A DNA stretch of 60,085 nt, counting the filler, from Sluysia triapertura (Eukaryota): NCBI GenBank assembly GCA_046118255.1. It is 4 parts of 4 records of this genome, joined end to end, with 100 filler letters (N's around TTAATTAATTAA, not from the genome) between each part and the next. Parts side by side here need not be neighbours in the genome. Positions count along the whole stretch, not along the records: positions 1 to 18,350 come from JBJNIA010154159.1; 3 more parts are not named here. One strand, written 5' to 3'. Made by a program: the position numbers and the translations under genes. Below, piece by piece: positions 1 through 11,830 of the stretch (positions within the stretch are counted from its first letter, which is position 1; every line of letters begins with the position of its first letter). The notes below the pieces were generated by a model, which did not search any database, was not told the DNA's origin, and was given only the letters and a program-made list of their open reading frames with translations.

Positions 1-1084
1 CAAGTTTAAATGAAAGATTACCCAACCCTCTTTAAGATGTTGGTAGAAAATATCAAAATAAATTGAGTTGATTTTGGTATTCTTGTTTTACAGTGAATAC
101 GGAGAAATTATAAAGAAAAAATTACTGGTGATGTGTGGATCTTATTTTCGAAAATTTTGATGATATCTTGGAGTTCTAATTTTTATTTTATTCTAATCCT
201 TCTAGTTCTTTATTTTTATTGTGGTATTCCTCTTTATTTTATTGTGTTTATATACTATTTTACTTGACACCATTTTAATTAACTTAATTTTTTCTAATAT
301 TTAAAATTATCTAAAAATAATTACTTAAATTGACTATTCTAACAAAGTAATTTTTAAACAAATAATCAGAATATTTTCTTTTAATATTTTTTAATTTAAA
401 TTTGAAAGTAATAATTTCTTTAATTTTAGAAATTTTTGTCTTTTAAAATGATTAATTTCGTTTTAATTTTCTTATTTTTATTAATTCATATGATAATATT
501 CGTACAGTAATAATAATATTTAACAAAATAATTTTTACAGTTAATAGAACAGAATATACAATCTAACATTACATTGCTATTATACCAATAATGTCATTTT
601 TCAATTTAATTTAAAAAAATTTATGAAATAAGAAATCTATTTCTAACAGGAGTATTCTGCATTACTACGTTTTAACAAATAAAACCGTTTAAAGGGTTTT
701 ATTTTATCTTGATTTTATATACTTATCTTACCTTTACAGTTCATCATAATACCTCATGTTAATTCTTTAATAATGTTGAACTTATTCTGTTATTCTTAGT
801 CTTGACCATTACATCTACCCTTATCCTTCACCAATCCCAACAATATACAAAAATTTACAAATAATTAAACATTAAAAAATATAAATAAATTTAAGTATAA
901 AAATTAATATTAAAAATTTTTTTACATAAATTTACATATATCAAGTAATTTTTGTTTATTTACGAATTTACAACTATACATGTTGGAGGACTGAAGTGTC
1001 ACTTCAACATTTTATTACTGCAAAGACAGATTGATTAACTGGCCGGCTGTCACATTGATAGAAAAATTAAGAATACATCAAGCA

Positions 1085-1465
1085 ACTGGATTTTACTTGT
1101 GTTCCTAAATGGTCACCCATAAAAACAAGAATAGAATTCAAAATCACGACAATAATCTACAAACGCTTACATTACGGTAGTTCTGAATATCTCGTAGAAA
1201 TAGTAAAAAAATTGGAAACCAAGATGAATATTTCATTGAGACAATAATAATCTACAGAACCCACAGTGATAATTAGCCAGGTAATAGATTGTATACCGTT
1301 TATGTTTCAAAATTATACAACCAGTACTACCAGAGAATGTCAAATTACTGGAAGATTATGAAATATTTAAGAAAAAGATAAAGTTATTTCTATTTCAGAA
1401 GTATTATAGTAAGTGATTTATTTTAAGCGTTACTTTATAGTAGATGTGAGCACAATATAAATAAA
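1085..1465 (+). mobile_element. L2/CR1-clade LINE 3' fragment (copy 1 of 7)
   Basis: Degenerate ORF2 C-terminus (PIKTRIEFKITTIIYK...LPENVKLLEDYEIFKKK..LFQKYY). The same sequence recurs at 4888, 7820, 27875, 32455, 42540 and 57735. Confidence 0.75.
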
Positions 1466-2506
1466 AATTAGATATCAAAAATGACAAATGTAATTTATTG
1501 CGTGATCTTATTGATTTTGTTCCGACGTCATTGTTTGATTTTTTGTTATAAGTATGCAACGAAGGACTTTAGATTTAACCGAACGCATCTTCGTTATTAA
1601 GAATTAATGACTAGCTACAGCATGTTGAAGAAAGATGGGAATCAAACTTCAGAACCCCCCCCACCGAGTAAGTCGACAATGTTCAATCTTGTATCCAAAT
1701 TTGAAGTAACTAGAAGTGCGCTAACCTGGAGTCAGGGATATAGTGACAGCTGCATTTGTTCATTCTCCAGGAGCCGAACATTTCTCGAACCTCACTCCAC
1801 CGTATCTTGCATGACATTGGTCTAAAACCATACAGACTTCATCTTCTTTATTCCCTAAATGAGGATAACCCGGTTGAAAAACTAGAATTTTGTGAAGAAT
1901 CACCATATTTTCCAGATTGCATATTATGTAGTGATGAAGTTTGCATGTTAACAGACACAACTGTGTTTATTGGGACAGTGAAAATCCCCTTTGTATCATT
2001 GAAATGGAAGTCAATGTTCCTGGAGTCACAGTCTGGGCTGGAATCTGCAGCACGGGTCTAGTTTGCCCATTCTTTTTTGAAGGAACTGTTAATGGTGAAC
2101 GTTACCTTGATATGCTGAAGACTAAAATGTTTCCCCCATTTCGGTGATCTTCATTTTCAACAAGGTATTAATGAAACATTTCCTGGACCTTGGATTGGTC
2201 TGCAAGATCCCTGGATCTGACACCGCTTGATTTTTTTCTTTGGGAAGTTCTAAAGAACGCAGTTTATGCTAAAAAGCCTAGGATAATTGATCAACTAAAA
2301 CGAAGTATTAAGCACGAATTGAACCATATTTCAGAGGAAACTTGCCAGAAAGTATGTCGCAGTGTTGTCAAAAGATGTCGTGCTTGTATTGAAGTTCAAG
2401 GTGACATTTTGAACATTTGTAAATACTAAATATACCTATTAAATTTGTCGTTGATATCTAATTTTTATTTAAGTTTGTGGTTCGGGTACTTTTGGGCGAA
2501 CCTGTC
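1451..2506 (+). mobile_element. Degenerate Tc1/mariner (Tc3/DUF4817-like) DNA transposon
   Basis: Frameshifted transposase across ORFs 1607-2429: ILCSDE, VNRHNCVYW, VTVWAGICSTG, VNGERYLDML, WSARSLDLTPLDFFLW. The 20-nt aaataaaaattagatatcaa (1459-1478) is the reverse complement of 2451-2470, i.e. inner TIR sequence. Confidence 0.9.
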
Positions 2507-2659
2507 CTAAATCTTCAAAGTTTTTAAATTTTGTTGCAAAAATCAAAGTAAAAAATCTGAATCAAATTTTAAATCGATGAAACTTTCTTTAAAACGAACT
2601 AAACTTTTATTAATTATCGATGAATAATTGATTCATAAGTTCGTAAGAATGACGTACAT

Positions 2660-3000
2660 CTTCATCCGAATAAGATTGTAGCCAGTTGAAATATCGATTT
2701 TAAAATGCTCGATAATACAAATTCTTTAAAACTCGAATTTCCAATAATATATTTACATTGATTATTCATATATTGAAGATCTAATAAAATCTGTCGTTTG
2801 AAGCAGCATTTGAAGCTGATAAAAAAGCACGTCATACAAGATTTGAAATGCAAATGTTTGGGCTTTCTCATCAAAACCAATAAATTATCAGAAACCAATC
2901 AAATTTAAGGAAGTTCTTCCTCAGCTGAATCAGTAATAACATCAGGAGGAGTTGCATACTCAAATTTTTCTTTTAATTGTTGTCTTACATTCTCCATAAG
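2660..3000 (-). mobile_element. Possible MULE/Mutator transposase remnant
   Basis: Frameshifted blocks IGFDEKAQTFAF and TCFF..QML..RQI..DLQ loosely resemble the MULE D-F-E-x-A and C-x-F-H motifs. Heavily decayed. Confidence 0.3.
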
Positions 3001-3189
3001 ACAGATAACTTATCATGATAAACATAACTCATGAGTTCTTTTGATGATTAGTCAACTTGTAGTATAAGAATAAAACAAGTATTATTGAAAGAATAAATAA
3101 TGAGATATATTTGTTAAAGGTTTAAATTAGAAAGAAAGAGCCCTTTTCGGATTTTTATCGGAATAAATTCATGAGTTCTTTACAAACAA

Positions 3190-3759
3190 CCGACAGAGCC
3201 TTTTTTACCTTGTAAATTCCTTAAATTCCTGGTGTGGTTCTTGCGCCGAATTTCCCTCGTCTGAACCTTCTTTCAGGAAGTCATTAAAGATGGTCTCTGT
3301 CACAACTATCTCCAGTTATATCTTTCTCCTTTATCCACCCGAGTAACAACCTCTCCATCTCATCGTTCACTGCGGACCTCTTCAAAATGACAGAGAGACC
3401 TTTGTTTTAATATCGCACCTATTGTAGATGGATTACGGCCATATTCTTTGGCTAGATCAACCGAACGCATCCATTTTTTGTACTTTTCTATTATCTCTTG
3501 CTTTGTTTGTATGTTCAAAAGCTCTCTCTTCTTCTCACTACTTCTTTCCATCTGTTTCTTGGAATCCATAGTTAATAAAAGTGTAACAAAATTTGATAAA
3601 TTTAAATTTTTATTAAAATTCGAGAACTCAAATATTAAGTATTATGTATTTTGAAGTTTTCACCTTTCGTATTCTGACATTTCTTTTGTGTAACCAGAGG
3701 TAATATTGTTCCCAGGAGGCTTTTGTATGTGGAGTCTTTATTAAGTAGAGGTACCACTG
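3190..3759 (-). mobile_element. Tigger/pogo transposon, 5' portion (copy 1)
   Basis: CENP-B/psq HTH: IQTKQEIIEKY...VDLAKEYGRNPSTIGAILKQ. Terminal CAGTGGTACCTCTACTTAA (minus strand) ends at 3759 and abuts a TA. Homologous to 13600-14255. Confidence 0.88.
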
Positions 3760-4887
3760 TATATATACCGTAAAACGTCTTTCATTCCCCACCTTCCACC
3801 ATTTCCCCAACCCTACATATGAAAACTTGAAACGAGTCCAGATACGGCTTATATCTGACCGAAGTCGGTCTATTAGGATTTTCAATATGCTAAAAGAACT
3901 AAACTTAACAAGCAAGAACCTAATCACACTCTTAATCAATTTAACAACTAACAAGTTATAATGAGTTATATTATTAAATTAAACTTTAATTCACGTTACG
4001 TTAAACTAGCCAAATAATGGTCAAGTCGTGGTATCAATTAAGCTAGGCTAATATGGTCTAGCAAATTCAACAGAAGATTTTATGTACTTTAGATGTTAAA
4101 CTAGCCTTAGTAAGGTCTAGTAAATCCTTTAACTGATTTTAAATACTAATATAACAAATATAATAACTCCTTGTTTACTCTGAAGATTTATTTAACAAAC
4201 GTATAAGCAAATCTTTTATACAATAAAAATTTGAAATAAAAATATAATATCAATGACGATTTTAATAAATTTCTTAAGATAATTTCTTTATCTTAGTAAT
4301 TTAGTAATTATTTTAAAATTAACTTAAGCAAGCCTTTTAATGGTCTTGCAAGTTTATTACATAATTTAAGTCGAAAATTGAACTTTCCTATGTAAGGTAA
4401 AGTATAAATTCTGTCAATAACGAATTACTTTTATCACGGATAATCTGTCTTCTTTATTCCGAAATTTGAGTTCCAAAAATTGTTCCAGAAAATTTGTGTT
4501 GTGGTTATAAAAATTACTGACTTTTATATTATTTCTATATCCGCTAATTTTATTAATATTGACAAAAATTTTATTTTAAACAAAATAAACAAATTGGTTT
4601 AAATTAAAATAATTTCAAATATCCTTTTAATTAATATTTAAATTTAATTTATTATAATATTCATAATATTTTTTAGAATAAAAATAAATAAAATTATTTA
4701 CACATTTTATTAAATTTTTTAAGTCTTTTAATATTTATAAATAAAAAATAATAATTAATGGATCAAGATCACAATTGTTTTTATTATATTATTACTTATT
4801 ATTACTTCTGAAAGTAACTTTCAAAAAACGTCTACCATTTACTCACTATCAAAAAATTATGAAGAAATGCGTACTTCTCCTTGGACG

Positions 4888-5030
4888 AATATACTACCAG
4901 ATATCAAATAATGGACAAATTACTGGAAGATTATGAAATATTTAAGAAATTTTATAATACATCATTTATTGGAGTGCTTTTGAATACTTATTTTGTATTA
5001 GACCTTAGTGCAAAATAAATTTTATCATTT
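4888..5030 (+). mobile_element. L2-like LINE 3' fragment (copy 2, short)
   Basis: caaattactggaagattatgaaatatttaagaaa matches the other copies. Confidence 0.6.
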
Positions 5031-5041
5031 ATAATTTTCAG

Positions 5042-5318
5042 AAATGTCATCGCGATGAAGCTGTTGCCTATTCTTCTGGTGCTCCAAGTGGTATGGGAAT
5101 GAATATGTATGCTGGTGGAGCTCCTGGACCTCAATTTGGACCTCCTCACCCAATGGGAGGAATGATGGGTATGGGACCTGGAGGGGGAGGAGGATGGGGT
5201 ATGAATCAACAAATTTGGATGCAAAGACCTCCTGAAGTTGCAGGTTGCCCTCTGGGTTTAGAATACTTAACTATGGTCGACTCAGTTCTGGTACATCAAC
5301 AAATTGAGCTACTGGAGG
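5042..5318 (+). CDS. PLSCR: Phospholipid scramblase, first visible exon (Gly/Pro/Met-rich N-terminus; in-frame ATG at 5093)
   Basis: WMQRPPEVAGCPLGLEYLTMVDSVLVHQQIELLE is the conserved PLSCR motif. Acceptor ttttcag ends at 5041. The donor must be the GC at 5319-5320 to keep frame. Confidence 0.9.
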
Positions 5319-5407
5319 GCTAGTATTTTCATGTGCTAATAATAGTAATAATAATAGTAATGATGATAATAAGTTTAATTATTTAAAATTTTCTTTCTTC
5401 ATTTCAG

Positions 5408-5485
5408 TATTCACAAACTGGGAGACGAAAAATAAGTACCAGATAAAAAATTCCTTGGGTCAACAGGTGTACTATGCAGCAGAAG
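5408..5485 (+). CDS. PLSCR: Phospholipid scramblase, second visible exon
   Basis: (V)FTNWETKNKYQIKNSLGQQVYYAAE; atttcag acceptor and gtattt donor, phase 1/1. Confidence 0.93.
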
Positions 5486-5513
5486 GTATTTGAAGATTTT
5501 ATTTATATTATTA

Positions 5514-5544
<31 letters not shown>

Positions 5545-5556
5545 CAATTATGACAG

Positions 5557-5770
5557 AATCCGACGTTTGTGCCAGACAGTGCTGCGGACCTCAGCGTGGA
5601 TTCATTATGCACATCACAGATAACATGGGCAATGAAGTTATTCGAGCTGTTCGAGATTTTAAATGTTGTGCTGGACCGTGCTGTCAGTGCTGTGCCGGAA
5701 TTCCGATTTGCGCCCAGGAATTGTATGTCGAAGCACCCCCCGGTCATATCATTGGTCGAATAATACAAAA
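5557..5770 (+). CDS. PLSCR: Phospholipid scramblase, third visible exon (Cys-rich); later exons not found in this contig
   Basis: ESDVCARQCCGPQRGFIMHITDNMGNEVIR...CCAGPCCQCC...QELYVEAPPGHIIGRIIQ; gacag acceptor and gtaaaa donor. Confidence 0.93.
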
Positions 5771-5878
5771 GTAAAACTTCGACAGTAGAATATATATATT
5801 TTTTAAATTACTGACAATAATTCTATGATAGACAGTTGAAGGAATCTGATCTTTATCACAAAGTATATCACAATTATG

Positions 5879-6600
5879 CAGTATTCCTCCTCTTAATCGT
5901 CATTTGTTGAGGAATTGGAAAAATGTGGCGGTTAAGAGAAGGTCTTTAGTAAGAAAATTCAAATGAACATTTTATCATCCTGTTGTCTAGTGCGCAACTA
6001 ATTTTATCCTTCTCCAAGACTTCTGAGACTTGTTGATTCAGTCCTTCAATAGCGTTCAAATCAAACATGTCGAAGTATTTTTATTAATTGAATAGCAGAA
6101 TAACATTCCTTTCAAGAAACACTTACAACCTTATGAAATCGTTTTTATTAATGATTCTTTTTCATCATCATAATCTAACTTGTCGTTACTTGTAAAAACT
6201 TCTTGAATCGCAGTATTTTCTTTAATATTTTTTACTTTCAAATTCAAATTCTTCTTCTAAAATTGCATCATCATCTTCTCAGTAAAACATAAATTTATAA
6301 ATCCATATTCACCAAGAGGATCAAGAGAATTTATATTGCCAATTCATACCACCTTCCTTATTGGTCATACAGCGTGACTAAAACAATTCGAGGTTGTTGA
6401 AGTTGTTATTTCATTCCGAGAAAAATAATTGCGTCCTTCAAATGAGATTCTCCGCATTCCATTTTTTGAATTAAGTCATCTAATTTCTTACAACATTGTT
6501 TAAAAACATTTAATATAACACCTTGGTCAAGTGGCTCTAATGGTTGGTTTGGAGGTAAAAAGTACCATATCAATAAATTTCAAGTTTGCTTGTATTTCGT
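5879..6600 (-). mobile_element. pogo/Tigger transposon 3' remnant
   Basis: Minus-strand FLPPNQPLEPLDQGVI (DDE_1 motif, about 6515-6562). Tigger-like terminus CAGTATTCCTCCTCTTAATCG at 5879. Confidence 0.7.
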
Positions 6601-6609
6601 GCAGTGATG

Positions 6610-7279
6610 AGAGATGCAATTTATAACGAGGGTCTCGCTCTTTTTTCTCGAGAATCGTATGAACTAGTACTCTAGCAATATGACATATAAAAAACTAAAC
6701 ATGTCAATTAAATGGTTTATTTTATGCAAATAACAATACTTTATTAATAAGGAATAGAACAAACAATACAATAGAATAAAATAAAGAAAAAATGTGCCAT
6801 TTGTAAACAATAACTAAAAGTACTACTACAAGAAAATATGCCAGAAAATATACCTTCTTGCTTTACGTCTTGCGATCTTTTAGATTTGTTCAGATCCGAG
6901 CGATGATTTTCCAAAAAAGATTTAACGTACGAGTTAGGATTAAATTCTTCCAAAGATATCCCATTTAAGAAGATCGTCATAAAATTCGAAACGTGTTTAA
7001 CTATGTTATTCATCGAACTAAAAGCTCGTTCAGCTTCAGCGCTGCGACTGCGATTGTTTCTATAACGACCTTGGATTTTTTCACGGTTTTGGGAATTTCG
7101 ATTTGGAATTTTCAAATTTTCATTTTCAAAGTTCTTATTCTCTTTTCTCTTTCTGATCTTGGAAACACAACTTCTTCCATATTCACATTTCAGGATAACA
7201 TGCATTAAATATGTTTTTCATGAAAATGGGCTCGCAAATCATAGAATAATTTAACAAAGGTCTCGCGCGAGCCCCCTAC
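6610..7279 (-). mobile_element. Internally deleted hAT transposon (KIAA1586/ZNF862-like C-terminus)
   Basis: ORF 6744-7205 contains SAEAERAFSSMNNI...VSNFMTIFLNG..LEEFNP..YVKSFL (hAT dimerisation region). ctcg/cgag subterminal motifs at both ends. Confidence 0.7.
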
Positions 7280-7819
7280 AGCTGTGCAGTTATCTCATAT
7301 TGTATAATTATTATTCATTTTTGCTATTTACGTACTCCGTCGTAGATGCGCATAAAATAATGTTTAACAAGACTACTAGAAACAGAAGATTCAGAATGGT
7401 TTTTAGCAATAATAGAAAACATGTATTATCTCATTTTCCAAAAGAATACGCGATTTATAATTATCAGTAGTAAATTTAAATATGTTTCGATATTTTAATT
7501 TATCAAAAAGAACAAAAGAAAAATAAATCGATTGTACAAGATCGAAAAGATTTATATTCAACGATTTAATTTTATGAAAACTAAATATACATAAAAATTA
7601 GATTTAACAATCGATTTATTGCTTCTGTTTCTTTTTGTATTTTCTATCTTTTTAAATATTTTAAATATCTTTTGTAAATATTAATTTTTTAATTAGGAAA
7701 AGTAATTTCGAAATAATATAAAATTTACTTTTTTAATATCTTTTTTCCATACAAATAAAATATATTCACGATAAAGCTAGCGTGCTGTCTAGACTTTCTT
7801 TTTGTACAGAAAATAATTA

Positions 7820-8232
7820 TAATATATTAATTTATAAAGCACCATATCCTCTGCAAGGTAAGTACTCAAAAGCGCTTAAAATAAATCATTCACTATAATA
7901 TTTCTGAAAGAGAAACAACTTTGCTTTTTTCTTAAATATTTCATAATCTTCCAGTAATTTGACATTCACGGGTAGTACTGGTAGTATATTTTTGAAACAT
8001 AAACGGTATACAACCTATCACCTAGCTCTTATTATCATTGTGGATTCTGCATAGATTATTATTATGTCTCAATGAAATATTCATCTTGGTTTCCAATTTT
8101 CGTATTATTTCTAAGAGATATTCAGGACTTCCGTAATGTAAGCGCATTTGTAAATTATTGTCACGATTTTTAATTCTATTCTTGCTTTTATTGGCAACCA
8201 ATGTAATTCCTTAAGATAAGGTGTTGCATGAG
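7820..8232 (-). mobile_element. L2-like LINE 3' fragment (copy 3, longest)
   Basis: Minus strand HATPYLKELHWLPIKARIE...KLLEDYEIFKKK, the typical L2 ORF2 tail, followed by an AT-rich tail. Confidence 0.8.
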
Positions 8233-10165
8233 TGAAATTAAAATTGAGTATATGAAATTGAGTACAATAAACCATTGCTAAAATCTATGTTGCTAATTAT
8301 TAATGAATGAACAATAAGTTTAGCTGTTTCTTTATTAATAATTTTTCGAATATTTCATATTTTTTTTAATTGATATTTACATTTTTTAACAATACAATTA
8401 ATATTTTCTTCCATGTTCATTTTTGAATCCATATAACAGCCTATATTTCGTACTTCTTACTTCGCATTTAGTGTGTCTTACCACCTATATAACTTTTGTT
8501 TCATTTATTATAGTATTGTCGCTATTTTTATTACTGAAGATTATAAATTCTGACTTTTCTTCATTGATTTTCAAGGGCTTATTTTATTTAAAATTAATAT
8601 TATCATTTATTATAATTGTGGTGATTCAAAACATCCTTACATCATCCTAAACATATATGTAAATCTATTAAATAACAAACAAATTTATATCAATTATTCA
8701 TCATTTTAGCTTCTCATTTACACTTTCCACACCAATATTGATCATATAATATTAGATTGTTTTGATAATACAAAGAATAATTAAAGTTACACAGAAAATC
8801 GACGTTATGTAAACATAAATAATGAAGTTGTAATTAGAAAATATGTTGATTCCACGGTGGGTTTATTATTGTTGAGAAAGACTTTGTCAGGAAAAATTTA
8901 TTACTAAATAAACTGCATCGAATATATTTGTAAATTTGTAATTCTTGGTTTACGAAATAATTTTGATATTCATTATGGGAAGATCACTGTAATGATCAAA
9001 TTTGTAAATAAACCCCAACCACCGCTGAAGTTTTCTTAAAGAGAAATCCAAATTGAAGATAGTCGAACTTTAGAAGTTTGGGCTTGTGCAAAAGAATTCG
9101 AAAATGAAAGGAAACGACGTTTTGAGAAAAATGATAAAAGAAAAAATTCGTAAATTTGAGAAGACAATCTGCTAAAATGCTTGTAATAACAGCTACATTT
9201 ATACGATTTAAATGCAGGTACGATCGTTGATGAGGATATTGATATGTCGTTAAACTTCTTTTATTGTTTCACCTTCTACCATTTATGAAAATTTAGAGAG
9301 TTCCTCGATGTTGGACAAGACCCGAAAGTTGGACCCTAGCTGTAACGGGATCTGACATTCTCGATGATACTTGGTTGCTATCTTTATTGAAGGAAAATTT
9401 ATGAGGAAATGCGTATTTATCCAGGAGAAATAAAAGAAGTTTTATTTAAAAAAAGCGTCTTCGAAAATATAAAAATTGGTCTAAAATGTAGATTTTCATC
9501 TGAAAGGAATTGAAAATCGAGATCAATTTATAATTAATACGCAAAATTGCTTTGATACATACTTTGTTCAACTCGATTTAAGAACTGGATTGTGATTCCA
9601 CTACGAATTTACAATACAATAAACGTTAATTTCAAAATACAGTTATGGAATTGATTTAAATTTAAATCCAAGAATATATCCGTAAAGCTTTTACTTTTCA
9701 ATGAAGAACTTTAACATGAGCCTTTTGTTAATATATGTTTTGTGGTCTTTTTACATGTAATTTTACATTGCTTGCCCAAGATGAATTTCTCAGTGTGTGT
9801 TTCTAATAATCTTGGCTTCGCCGGTCACCGGTGACCCCATGGCATTCGTAACATAATATAAATCATGGTATTAAAACCTTCTAAATACTATTTTAATTTG
9901 TATCCACATTTCTATAACAATACGAATTTATTAAATCTTCCTATTAAAGCTATTGAACTGTTATTAACCAGTATCCTTAAGCCGTATTATACATAACATC
10001 ATTGTGAATTCAAATTCATGCTGTAATAAGAATCATAATTCTCAAGTTCTCTTATTAAAATTAATATTCATTAATAATTCGCTACCACGAATCTTTTTTA
10101 ATCATTTCCGACTCTAAGTTTATTAATTTTACATGAAAACAAAAATAATTATTATTATTATTACT

Positions 10166-10197
<32 letters not shown>

Positions 10198-10229
10198 AAA
10201 AAACAATTAAATAAGGATTTAAGACTTAC

Positions 10230-10448
10230 TTGATTTAATTGTAGTTCTAATTCCATTATTTGAATCCATATTTGAAAGAAAGCGTCTTCAGTTTCCAATA
10301 ATAGACTCTTGACAGTATCTACATCTTGCATTTCCTGTTCCAAATTAGTATTATTATCATTATTATTCTTTCTGCCGAATATTTCATCGATTACTCGATT
10401 TATTGATAATCGAATAGTGTCCTGGATTTTTATGTCGTACATCAGCGA
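10230..10448 (-). CDS. Putative orphan exon (73 codons, coiled-coil-like), unknown protein
   Basis: Open phase 0/0 segment SLMYDIKIQDTIRLS...QIMELELQLNQ, bounded by a gtttag acceptor and a consensus GTAAGT donor. Confidence 0.4.
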
Positions 10449-10639
10449 CTAAACATTATCGACACATTTAATTATTGACATTAAAATTGAAGTTTAATTA
10501 TATAATAATAATAACACTCAAATGAAAAATTCGTAAGGTTTTAAATATTGATAAACAAAATATAAAAGAAAGGACCAAAATAAGTTTTATTTTTATTTTT
10601 ATAACTTTTATGAACTTTGTTTATTAAATTCATTATTCA

Positions 10640-10990
10640 AATGATGATATTGATGATTATGATGATGTTGATTATGATTGATTATTATTATTATTATCAT
10701 GAGGATATTCATAATCATCCTCATCATAATCATCATTACAATCATTATAATCGTCATCATCATCTTAATCATCCTCACAATCATTATCATTATCATCATC
10801 ACATTTTCATCATCCTCATAATCATCTTCATAATCATAATCATCATCGAAATTATCCTCACAATCATCATCATCCTCATCCTCATAATCATCTTCACAAT
10901 CATCAACATCATCATCATATTATTATCATTATTATCAACGCCATCATCAACATTATTTCTATTATTATTATACTTATAATTATAGTAATA
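10640..10990. repeat. Degenerate (ATC/GAT)n microsatellite with a higher-order unit
   Basis: Directly visible. It accounts for the His-, Met/Ile- and Asp-rich ORFs in the track. Confidence 0.9.
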
Positions 10991-11499
10991 ATTATTATTA
11001 TTATTGAAAGTGAACAGAAATCCCTGAAACATGTCATTGGCACAGTTCTAAACATCGTTAAAAAGTAAAACTCGTTTATGAATAGGTGACAGAAATTAAT
11101 TCGGAAATGTGTCAACGTTTTCATACACGTTTTCTAAAAATATATCTCATTAAATGATAGAAATATTTTCAAAAAAACAATAATCTTTTTACTTATTGTC
11201 ATTTTCTATTTTAGATTTTGTTCTCTACATATTTGAAACACAACAGCGACTTTGTGAATACCTCTTGTATAAATAATAAAATTCAAATTTCATTTTTAAC
11301 ATATTAAAATTACCTTTCGATGCCAAAAGTAAAAAGTGTACTACACAGAAGGAATTTTCAAGTGATCTTAAATAAAGAGGCAAAATTTTCCCTTATTTTA
11401 TTAGCCCATGATCAGCTCCAATTCTCTACTGGACTGAACACAGGACTAGAGTGTAAACAATTATAATGATAATAATGATAGTGCAAGTGGATATACCCA

Positions 11500-11830
11500 T
11501 CGAAATAATTATTTCTAATTTATAAAAGTCCACATGCTCTTTCTAGTCATGTTCTCATATTTCTATAGAATCCTTCACTGTGTATTGAATAATTATTATT
11601 GCATAATTAGAATTATAAATCAAACGAGGCTTTAACCATATTGTGTGAAAACAACATTGTTTTTAGATTCTATTTTTCTTATTCACCCGAATTGAATCCG
11701 ATTGAATAATTCTTTTCAATGATTCCATAAAGATCGTCGATCCGGATCTTACAATTGAAGATCACATTTCATCACCAAATAATAATTATTCAATACAATG
11801 TGAAAATATGGCTAGAGAGAGCAAGAATGA
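11500..11830 (+). mobile_element. Tc1/IS630-like DDE_3 transposase remnant
   Basis: YSPELNPIE at 11680-11706; the surrounding frames are broken. Confidence 0.55.

Noticed and set aside
8423-8650. Hydrophobic short ORFs (also 19261, 26031, 39724) as membrane proteins
   Set aside because: F/I/L-rich composition is expected by chance in T-rich DNA; non-ATG starts and no splice or homology support.
9304-9335. cctcgatgttgga resembles the conserved mitochondrial 16S rRNA motif (possible NUMT)
   Set aside because: Only about 13 nt match, and the flanking conserved rRNA motifs are absent.
10608-11124. His-rich, Met/Ile-rich and Asn-rich ORFs in the track
   Set aside because: Translation artefacts of a trinucleotide microsatellite.
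11312-11447. Minus-strand segment with good-looking splice sites
   Set aside because: Stop codons in all three frames.
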